Positions 7,378 to 17,045 of a stretch of 24,000 nt of DNA are shown here, piece by piece. The stretch's first letter is position 1; each line of letters begins with the position of its first letter. The DNA lies in assembly GCA_963716165.1 (NCBI GenBank), contig OY970291.1, positions 3,564,827 through 3,588,826 of the forward strand, in the 5' to 3' direction. The notes under the pieces are model-generated. The model saw only the letters and a program-made list of their open reading frames with translations. It made no database searches and was not told where the DNA came from. The stretch is from Terriglobia bacterium. Its GTDB lineage: Bacteria > Acidobacteriota > Terriglobia > Terriglobales > Acidobacteriaceae. Both the position numbers and the translations under genes were made by a program.

Positions 7378-7687
7378 GTTTTCAGACCGGGCACTCCGCG
7401 ATCTCGAAATCCTTTATGTAGAGAAGAGAGCATCGGAGTCGACAACCGCCGTTCGCTGGTTTGGCCTGCTTGAACAAGCCGCGTATTCGCTCGAGTCACA
7501 TCCCAACCGCTGTCCCGTCGCGCCGGAATCGCGAAAATGGAAGCGAAAGCTGCGGAATTTGCTTTATGGCGGGAAGCCGAACGTTTATCGGGTCATCTAC
7601 GAAGTCGACGAGGCGAGGCTCACGGTGTGGGTACTCACCATCCGTCATGGAGCACGGCAGAAGTTTAAGGCTGCTGATCTTGCATGA
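7361..7687 (+). CDS. Type II toxin, RelE/ParE superfamily
   Basis: It begins YRVEFSDRALRDLEILY and ends YRVIYEVDEARLTVWVLTIRHGARQ, the typical ParE/RelE ends. It is translationally overlapped with the antitoxin. Confidence 0.9.
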   Translation: MTYRVEFSDRALRDLEILYVEKRASESTTAVRWFGLLEQAAYSLESHPNRCPVAPESRKWKRKLRNLLYGGKPNVYRVIYEVDEARLTVWVLTIRHGARQKFKAADLA

Positions 7688-7967
7688 GTTGGTTCTCTCC
7701 CTTCCCCTTTCCTTTTCAATAACTTAACTCCAAATAATGCTGCGTCGCACCGCTAAACCACGATTTTGCGCCGTTCATTGGGTTGATGGTGTCTTAATGA
7801 TCGCTTAACATTAAGATAATAATCAGCATCCTGACTCAGGTTTCGTGTGTCTGCCTCCGTGTTTTTGGGGCGTCACATACCTGTTCTTACCTGGATTCAG
7901 GCAGCAAGATAATGCAACGGCACGTGGCAGTTGTTCATCAACTCCCGGTAGAAGAAAGCGAGACTGA

Positions 7968-10112
<2,145 letters not shown>

Positions 10113-10148
10113 AGCAGTCTTTAAGATTGCTACACGCCATGTTTAGTC

Positions 10149-10173
10149 AAGGCCGCCGAAAGGCGGCCTTTTC
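10149..10173 (+). terminator. Rho-independent terminator after the radical SAM gene
   Basis: AAGGCCGCC (10149-10157) pairs with GGCGGCCTT (10162-10170) across a GAAA loop and runs into TTTT (10169-10172). Confidence 0.7.
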
Positions 10174-10395
10174 GTGGCGCATACAAACTTCCGGACCAGG
10201 CTTGGCGGTGGCGATGCCAGGTTCCTCGGCAAGATTGCGTATGCTATCGTTGGCGGCCCTTCTGAGCATGCCTGACGCAGGATGGTGAATTCTTGCAGTT
10301 CGGTGCGGCATGTGCTCTTCGACCACGGTTACTCACGAAAATCCACGCCATCCCATCGCCAAATTCCGGTCAAACCAGATCTCGACCAAATTCGG

Positions 10396-10429
10396 TGCCC
10401 GTCCTCCGTTGCGCAGGCAAGGACGGGCA
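10396..10429 (-). terminator. 10-bp-stem hairpin downstream of the FG-GAP gene (no clear U-tract)
   Basis: TGCCCGTCCT (10396-10405) pairs with AGGACGGGCA (10420-10429) across a 14-nt loop, 33 nt after the minus-strand stop at 10462. The trailing sequence on the minus strand is not T-rich. Confidence 0.3.
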
Positions 10430-10461
10430 TCCTGGGTTGAAAAGCTATTCTGTTGCCCTCC

Positions 10462-11775
10462 TTATGGCGTTTGCAATACCACGGTCACCGTGTCGTCAAG
10501 TTCCTGGCCTGTTACAAAGTCCATCAACCCATCGCCGTTAAAGTCACCCAGCCCGATGAAGGTGGGTCCCGCGCCCGTCGGTATCGTGTGTCCTTTGACA
10601 AACGTGCCGTCGCCATTGCCGTGCCACACAGTTGCGGCATTGGCAGAGTAATTTCCCACTACCAGGTCGGGGAATTTATTCCCGTCGAGGCTTCCAATTG
10701 CGGTTGCGAAGGCCCCTGGTCCGGCTAAAAATTCCGGTAAAATATTGAAAGTTCCGTCGCCGTTTCCTAGATAAACCGCGACTGCATTGCCGTTGATGTC
10801 CCCCAGTACGATGTCGAGATTCCCGTCTCCGTTCAAGTCCCCCAGGGTTGCCGGTCCGGGATGAAAGGGAGCAGGCAAGCTTGTGACGCTGCCGAATCCG
10901 GTGGCGCTCCCCAGTAAAACCCACAATGTAAAGTTGTCGTCGGTCACGGCGAGATCGACGTATCCATCGTTGTTGAAATCACCGGCCACGACGGAGGTTA
11001 GGTGGTATCCGAAGATATGCGAGGGGCCACTTCTGAAAGTGCCGTCCCCATTGCCCAGCAAAATGACAATTCCCGGGAGCGCGTCTACGACCAAATCCAG
11101 CTTTCCATCACGATTCACGTCGGCGGCGGTCACCCAGCGGGGACAGCAGGGAAGACCTTGTACGATCGAGCCGGTAACAAACGTTCCATCGCCATTGCCT
11201 AGAAAAAGATACAGAGTTCCGTTGTAGTCGGAAACCGCCAAATCGATTTGGCCGTCGTTGTTGAAATCCCCGGAGGCGATGCTGACAGGATCGAGGCTTG
11301 CATTGAGCGTGGGCGCGGCCGTAAAAGTGCCGTCGCCGTTGCCTAATTCGATGGAAACAGATTCGGCGCTCGGATTGACCACGGCCAAATCAGCGTAACC
11401 ATCATTGTTGTAGTCCTGGATATCGAACGTCCGCGGAAATTCGCCCTCGTTCTCCCCTACCGTGAGATTCGTCGCCTGCAGGCCCAAATTCGCGGCCGGA
11501 ATGGTGACATTGAATAACGTTGAATTGGATAACGGTGTGCCTGCCGGGTTTGCCACTGTAATTGTGAAAGTTCCGGGGGTAGCCAGCAAAGACGCTGAAA
11601 CTGTGGCCGTCAAATTCTTTCGCGAATGGTAAGTGGTGGCGAGAGGTGTTATGGCGGTGCCCGCAGTCCAATTGACCACGGCCCCGGGAGCGAAGTTGAG
11701 GCCCCGCAAATGCAAAGTAAGGTCTCCGCTGCCTGGCCTGACTGAGATCGGAGCAATTTCATCGACCAGGGGCAC
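10462..11775 (-). CDS. FG-GAP/VCBS repeat protein (seven-blade integrin-alpha-like propeller) with N-terminal IPT/TIG-like Ig domain
   Basis: There are seven Ca-binding-type loops: DYNNDGYADLAV, GDFNNDGQIDLAV, ADVNRDGKLDLVV, GDFNNDGYVDLAV, GDLNGDGNLDIVL, GSLDGNKFPDLVV and GDFNGDGLMDFVT. The N-terminal LHLRGLNFAPGAVVNW...FTITVANPAG is IPT-like. The listed GTG start lacks a signal peptide, and the signal peptide appears split into another frame upstream (see findings). Confidence 0.85.
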   Translation of the reverse strand: MPLVDEIAPISVRPGSGDLTLHLRGLNFAPGAVVNWTAGTAITPLATTYHSRKNLTATVSASLLATPGTFTITVANPAGTPLSNSTLFNVTIPAANLGLQATNLTVGENEGEFPRTFDIQDYNNDGYADLAVVNPSAESVSIELGNGDGTFTAAPTLNASLDPVSIASGDFNNDGQIDLAVSDYNGTLYLFLGNGDGTFVTGSIVQGLPCCPRWVTAADVNRDGKLDLVVDALPGIVILLGNGDGTFRSGPSHIFGYHLTSVVAGDFNNDGYVDLAVTDDNFTLWVLLGSATGFGSVTSLPAPFHPGPATLGDLNGDGNLDIVLGDINGNAVAVYLGNGDGTFNILPEFLAGPGAFATAIGSLDGNKFPDLVVGNYSANAATVWHGNGDGTFVKGHTIPTGAGPTFIGLGDFNGDGLMDFVTGQELDDTVTVVLQTP

Positions 11776-12039
11776 CGGGTTTGTGGCCAGGGCACTGGCC
11801 GTCAGGCAAAGGGCTAAACAAGGAGAAGAGGAGTAAGCGGGGTAATCTGGGAGTTTTCATAGATTCTCTTTTCACAACAGATTGCCACTGAATAAGCTGG
11901 GGCGTATCTCGCCGTGAGAAACCGACTGGGTAAGACGGGTTGCGGAGGGACTCAGGCAGTATCGGCTTTAGCCCTTCTCTCGTCAAGCTGCGGCGTCACC
12001 GAAATACCGAGCGGCCCTTAACTCTTGCGCGCAAAACTT

Positions 12040-15000
12040 TTAATGGGCGTTCAGCTCGCCGTAGTGAGAGAAGTTCGCAAGGCTGACTTGATCTCCGCCT
12101 GGAATGTAGAAGCCGAACTTGCCGGCCGCAAGGTTCGATCCGGACTGCGTGAACTTATCGAGTGGTATCCAGGATTCGCCTTCGCGAACTTCATGGACGA
12201 TTTCGCTGCTCGTGACCCGAATCAAAATTGAGTGGTAGGCTTTCTTCCCGCTCTTGTTGGGGATCTTTAATTCGTCCGATTTCTGTCCGCCGTGAACAAC
12301 AGTGCGATAGAAATTGTTGTCGTCGAATTGGAAGAGAACATAATTATTCGCGTCCAGATAGTTCACAACCCACTGCAAACGATGCCCCTTTTGCAGAGCA
12401 GCCGTGAAAACAAAGCTCCCGGAAGTCGGCGAGACGCCGTAGAGAACAAAATCTCCGCCCTTGCGAATGTAACCGCCTTTGTCTTGCTTCCAGCCTGACG
12501 CATCATCCCACTTCGACATGCCTGAGGGCGCAAGAGAGAGGTCGTATGTCTTCGATTGGCCGACTGCAACTTCAATGGTCTGAGAGCGCGTAAGATCGGC
12601 GGTCTTTGCCGAGAGCGTGTAGCTGCCCGGCAAGAGTGTGAGGGGATTTCCGCTGCCGACTTTGATAGGCGCATCGCTGCCATGCGTCAACGTAACCGTA
12701 GCTTCAGCCTGAGTGAAGGTGATGCGAACATCGCCAGTTGCCGCGTCCATCGCCACATCGGCGCCAGACAAAGCTACAGCAGCGCCTGCGACGAAATGCT
12801 TTTGCAGACGTTTAGGTTTAAATCGATCTTTACGCAATTCGATAACGTGATCGCCCGGAGCGATGTTTGCCACGCTGAACGTTCCATCCGGCTGAACCGC
12901 GCCTGCCGGATTCTGATCGACGATAACTTGTGTTCCTGCATTCGCTCCCTGCAAAGAGAGTGACGCGAATTTCGGATTCGCCTGGAGATCGAAATTGAGG
13001 GTAGATTCTCCACCTTTGCGAATACGGATCTTTTGCTCAGGAATATCCTGAAATCCAGCCTTAGTAACGCGGACAGTGTAATCTTTCGGCTCAAGATTCG
13101 GAATACGCAATTGTCCACGGCGAGTCACGCTCTTCTGCATTTGACCGTTCAAGAAAACCTTGGCGCCGTCCTGGCCTACGGAAACGACGAGCGTACCTCC
13201 GCTGGCGCCGGATTCAAGGAAAGCTTCAAGTGTCGGCGAAGCAGCGACAGTAAAATCAACTTCGTGTTGGTCATCACCACGCGTGATTGCAAGTTTGTGC
13301 GCTCCGGCGGCAACGCCTGATATGTCTACGCCGTCCGCACCCGATGCGACGGGAGGCTGGCCGTCCAAGCTAAATTTCGTGGCCGGATCGCTGGCGGCGA
13401 GGTGCGATTTTCCGCCCGAGTTCGTGACGATCACCGCCGTGATGCCGGTCGCCGTGACCGGACCCTTCACGACAGGCGATCCGGAAGAATCAGTGGAGAG
13501 CGTGAACGATGCCTGCCCCTGCGCTCCGGAAAATTTCAGATTATGCTCGCCTGGAGGAAGCTTGTCGAGCGTCCATTGTCCAGTTTCGAGATCGGCGGCA
13601 GGCTGATCATCAAATGAAACCTGGCCGGCCCCGGTATCCGCGGAAACTCGTAAAACGGGCTGCGCGGCGACTTCCGGTGCTGGAACTGCGGGGGTTGCCG
13701 GAGCTGCCGGAGGCGCAACCGAAGCGGGTTCCGACTGAGAATGGCGGTGGAACGCAAAGAAACCGACTACTAATAAGATGACCGCCGCGCCTATGATCGC
13801 GAACAATTTAGCATGGCTCTTTGCCGGACCAGCGGCAGATTTAGCGGAAACTGGCTTGGTTGGAGGAACGGGCGCCGCGAGTTTTATGGGAGGCTTCGCA
13901 ACCGAAGACATAACAGGCGATGCATCAACTAGCGGAGTTGCCGCCACCGGAGCAACAGCCGAAAGCGGTGTGACCTGCGAAGATGGCGTATCCCACTTCG
14001 TTTCTGGTCCGATCGTCTCCCGCCCGATAGTGGCAGTCGCGTCGATCGTCGGGGAAGAAAGATCTGTTGCGGATATCCCCGGCTTGCCAAGGACGAACTT
14101 CGGTTCCACGATCGCCATTCCCAAATGATTTAGCAACGCATTAGCTACAGGAAGAATTTCCTGATCATCCGCATGTTTGTTCGCGAGCAACTGAACGCGC
14201 TCGCCGAAGGCATGCTTCGCGCCGGGATCGGTAATCGTATCCGCCTCGCGTTCCATGCGACGCAATTCCTCGAGGTCACGCCGACGCAATTGCCGCTGGC
14301 GTGATTCGAAATCTTTTTGCACGGTATCGCGCAATTGAATGAGCCGGGGCTCGCGTGGATAGACTGATAATCCTTCCCCGACAATGGATAGCGCACTTGG
14401 TAAATCTCCGGCTGATTGAGCTTTACGCGCATTCGACAGCGAATCTCCAATCACCTGCTCGCGCTTCTGGTCCTGAATAAACGTTCGGACAGTCTTACTC
14501 AAGGGATGGCTAGGATTTAGGCCGAGAGCTTCCTGCGCAAGCTGATCGGCATTCTTCCAATCGGTTTCGGCAACCTGTCGCGCACGTTCCACCAAAGCGT
14601 TCGAGAGTACCGCCTTGGTCAGAGCATTACGCTCATCGAGTTCGTATGCCTGCCGCAACAGCGCGACGCCTTCGTCGAACTTATCCTGTACACACAGCTC
14701 CTGGCCATCGGTCATCAACTTGTGCGCTTGCGCAGTCCGTTCGACTCCATCGTTTGCAAGTTTGGAGAGCTCTGTTAGCTCAGCATCATTTGGAAATTCC
14801 TGCGCGCCTTTTTCCAGAAGATCGACCGCGCGCGCATACTCGCTGGTGTGCAAACAAGCGTCGATCTGCTCTATCAAGCGAGTCTTCGATTCCGTTCGGC
14901 TCTGCTGCTCACGGCGCTTTTGCAGACGTTCGACTTCAAAACTCAGCCCGGGATACTGGCCGTAGATCGTCCGCAATGTTTCCCAATCGTTGAGCGCATC

Positions 15001-16875
15001 GCCGTACGCACCTTCTTCTTCGTGGTGATGGGCGCGGGCAACAATGGAATTCACCAGATCGCGCTTATCTTTTACGAGACGAAGCGCGCGTTCGAAGTGA
15101 GATTCGCCGGGATGGGTATCCATGGCTTCCTGCAAAATGCTCAGACGCTTTTCCAGATCAGGTTCTGATTCTGCCTGACGATCAATCAATGCGATGTGAG
15201 CAGAAAGTTCCTGGCGACGCTGCTCTTCGACGTCATATTTCAATGCTTGAAAAAGAGGATTCGTCGGATACTTCGACAGATAGGCATCGCACACGGTCGA
15301 AGCGCGATCAAAGTCGCGGTCCGCCAGATGTTTGCGGGCTTCCGCGAATGCAGTGTTCATCGCGTCATGTTCGGAGCGGACTTCGTTATAAAAACTCTGA
15401 TACGTTCCGCTACGTTCAGGATCCGATACATCGGGTGCGCGGCGATCAAGTTCAAGCACGACGCCAAGTTTACTTAGAGCGCTACTAACATCGCCGTTCT
15501 GCCAAGCGTCCATGGCGGCGCGATGGATCTGCGCTTTTTCCTGGCGGACTTTGTTGTATTCCTGCTCCAACCGGTCAACTTCAACCGCTAACTGCAGAGC
15601 TCGTGCTTCGTTGGGACGCAGCTGCCGCACATTCTGCAACGCCTCGCGCGCATGCGGATAGGCATGGTTGTCCATGTGCTGCCGGGCCAGTCGATACCAA
15701 CTGTCGATCTGTTTCTCGCTGCGACGGTCTTCTATCTTGCGTTTCATCGCCAGGGCCTGTGCGTTGTTCGGCTCCATTTCAAGCAACTCCTGGAGCTTCT
15801 GCAACGCCATGGGATCTTCTTCTTCCTCGAAGCGGGCTTTCGCGGCTTCAAGAAGTTGCGCGATCGCCTTGTGACGGACCGAAGTATCAAGCTGCTGGCG
15901 CAGAGAGCTAATGGAATTATCCATGTGGCCTTCAGCTTCGAGCTCCGCAAGTATTTCCCCAGCGAACTGGTAGTCACCAGTGTCAAGCGCCTGAGTCGCC
16001 CGCTTTATGCGAGGCAAAGTTCGTGAAGGATCGAAAAACTCAATCGGTTCGTTTCGGATAGCTTTATTGATGGCATCGCTAAATTCCTTGGCACTGGCAA
16101 AGCGATGCCATGCCTGTTTCGCCATTCCTTTATGGACGACCCGCGCTACAGCCTGGCTGACAGACGCATTGAGCTCCGAAGCGAGTGGCGGAATCTGAGT
16201 GCGGATTGCAGAAACGATTTCATCAGCCCTTGCGCGATGAAAAGGATGGCGTCCAGCAAGCGCTTCGTAGGAGACGACGCTCAGCGAAAAGATATCGGAA
16301 AGCGCGGACAGCGGCTTCATCTCGATCTGCTCGGGCGACATATAAAGGAGAGTTCCCTTTTGCGCGCGGGTGGAGTTCGTGTCCGCCATGTGGGCGACGC
16401 CGAAGTCGATGATCTTGACCGAGTCATCATCCATCACAAAAATGTTGCTGGGCTTGATGTCCCGATGGACCAGGCCACGCTCGTGGGCAGCCTGTAAGCC
16501 ACGGCAGGCCTGGGAAATGATCGCAACAGTACGTTCGACTGTCAGGCGATGATCCGATTTCCGGATGAAAGATTCGAGGGTCGCGCCGGGCAGAAGCGGC
16601 ATGACAAAGTAGGGCTTTTTCTTGCCATCTTCTTCAAATTCGCCGAGATCGAAAATTTCGACAATATTTGGGTGGCTCATTGACGCCAGCACGTCGCATT
16701 CACGGTAAAACAGTTGCAGAGAAGCCGGGTCGGGAATGTCGAGCAGGGTCTTGACTGCTACTTCGCGGCGAATGGTGGTGTCATAGGCGCGGTACACCAG
16801 GCCCATACCGCCTTTGCCGAGCACTTCCCTGACCTCGTAGCGACCAGCCAGAATTCGTGGACTAGAACTTTCCAT
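12040..16875 (-). CDS. Giant single-pass transmembrane Ser/Thr protein kinase (1611 aa): Hanks kinase, ~600-aa TPR-like helical region, Pro/Ala/Thr linker, TM helix, extracytoplasmic PEGA/Ig-like modules, C-terminal DUF1080/LamG-like jelly-roll
   Basis: Kinase motifs are GKGGMGLVY, VAVK, HRDIKPSN, DFG and SPEQ (res 12-275). The TM helix is LFAIIGAAVILLVVGFFAF (res 1024-1042, nt ~13750-13806). A PEGA-like unit is GAKVFLNGQ...YTVRVTKAGFQD. The C-terminal region GWKQDKGGYIRKGGDFVLYG...GKFGFYIPGGDQVSLANF resembles DUF1080. Confidence 0.95.
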   Translation of the reverse strand: MESSSPRILAGRYEVREVLGKGGMGLVYRAYDTTIRREVAVKTLLDIPDPASLQLFYRECDVLASMSHPNIVEIFDLGEFEEDGKKKPYFVMPLLPGATLESFIRKSDHRLTVERTVAIISQACRGLQAAHERGLVHRDIKPSNIFVMDDDSVKIIDFGVAHMADTNSTRAQKGTLLYMSPEQIEMKPLSALSDIFSLSVVSYEALAGRHPFHRARADEIVSAIRTQIPPLASELNASVSQAVARVVHKGMAKQAWHRFASAKEFSDAINKAIRNEPIEFFDPSRTLPRIKRATQALDTGDYQFAGEILAELEAEGHMDNSISSLRQQLDTSVRHKAIAQLLEAAKARFEEEEDPMALQKLQELLEMEPNNAQALAMKRKIEDRRSEKQIDSWYRLARQHMDNHAYPHAREALQNVRQLRPNEARALQLAVEVDRLEQEYNKVRQEKAQIHRAAMDAWQNGDVSSALSKLGVVLELDRRAPDVSDPERSGTYQSFYNEVRSEHDAMNTAFAEARKHLADRDFDRASTVCDAYLSKYPTNPLFQALKYDVEEQRRQELSAHIALIDRQAESEPDLEKRLSILQEAMDTHPGESHFERALRLVKDKRDLVNSIVARAHHHEEEGAYGDALNDWETLRTIYGQYPGLSFEVERLQKRREQQSRTESKTRLIEQIDACLHTSEYARAVDLLEKGAQEFPNDAELTELSKLANDGVERTAQAHKLMTDGQELCVQDKFDEGVALLRQAYELDERNALTKAVLSNALVERARQVAETDWKNADQLAQEALGLNPSHPLSKTVRTFIQDQKREQVIGDSLSNARKAQSAGDLPSALSIVGEGLSVYPREPRLIQLRDTVQKDFESRQRQLRRRDLEELRRMEREADTITDPGAKHAFGERVQLLANKHADDQEILPVANALLNHLGMAIVEPKFVLGKPGISATDLSSPTIDATATIGRETIGPETKWDTPSSQVTPLSAVAPVAATPLVDASPVMSSVAKPPIKLAAPVPPTKPVSAKSAAGPAKSHAKLFAIIGAAVILLVVGFFAFHRHSQSEPASVAPPAAPATPAVPAPEVAAQPVLRVSADTGAGQVSFDDQPAADLETGQWTLDKLPPGEHNLKFSGAQGQASFTLSTDSSGSPVVKGPVTATGITAVIVTNSGGKSHLAASDPATKFSLDGQPPVASGADGVDISGVAAGAHKLAITRGDDQHEVDFTVAASPTLEAFLESGASGGTLVVSVGQDGAKVFLNGQMQKSVTRRGQLRIPNLEPKDYTVRVTKAGFQDIPEQKIRIRKGGESTLNFDLQANPKFASLSLQGANAGTQVIVDQNPAGAVQPDGTFSVANIAPGDHVIELRKDRFKPKRLQKHFVAGAAVALSGADVAMDAATGDVRITFTQAEATVTLTHGSDAPIKVGSGNPLTLLPGSYTLSAKTADLTRSQTIEVAVGQSKTYDLSLAPSGMSKWDDASGWKQDKGGYIRKGGDFVLYGVSPTSGSFVFTAALQKGHRLQWVVNYLDANNYVLFQFDDNNFYRTVVHGGQKSDELKIPNKSGKKAYHSILIRVTSSEIVHEVREGESWIPLDKFTQSGSNLAAGKFGFYIPGGDQVSLANFSHYGELNAH

Positions 16876-17003
16876 GGATATATGTCAGATTCCGCACCGA
16901 GCCAACGCTGCAATATTAAAGGTTTTTGCGGAAAAAGTAAGCGCGGAATGGGGGATTCCGCCTCCATACTAGCAGCTGGCCTTTACAAATCTACAAAATA
17001 CTT

Positions 17004-17033
17004 TTGGCCCGCTTTCGACGATTTCTGTAGAAT
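17004..17033 (+). promoter_or_regulatory. Candidate sigma70-type promoter of the permease operon
   Basis: TTGGCC (17004-17009), an 18-nt spacer, then TAGAAT (17028-17033). The GTG start at 17046 is 12 nt past the -10 with no SD, implying a very short leader. Confidence 0.3.
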
Positions 17034-17045
17034 AGTGGCTCCCCC

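Noticed and set aside
6179-7687. TA pair as part of a larger phage-defence island or mobile element
   Set aside because: No integrase, transposase, tRNA attachment site, flanking direct repeats or additional defence-type genes are visible in the window, so there is only ordinary TA content.
7741-7775. Second copy of the CGCTAAACC 9-mer as proof of a dispersed REP family
   Set aside because: A single shared 9-mer in 24 kb is only weakly unlikely by chance, and the second site does not form the same hairpin. It is mentioned as a hint only and needs a genome-wide search.
10293-10728. Plus-strand ORFs 10293..10541, 10310..10651 and 10453..10728
   Set aside because: They are largely antisense to the 3' end of the FG-GAP gene, Pro/Ser/Arg-rich, and lack an RBS. 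They are typical shadow ORFs.
11861-11986. Upstream part of ORF 11759..11986 (MTREGLKPILPESL...) as a real N-terminal extension
   Set aside because: Only the segment from the ATG at 11860 looks like a signal-peptide n-region. The sequence upstream has no coding character and is probably the promoter/5' UTR.
12292-16552. Numerous plus-strand ORFs (for example 13160..13606, 14615..14993, 15652..16026, 16105..16497) opposite the kinase gene
   Set aside because: All lie inside the 4.8-kb kinase ORF, which has continuous domain-level support. The antisense products are low-complexity Arg/Ser/Cys-rich.
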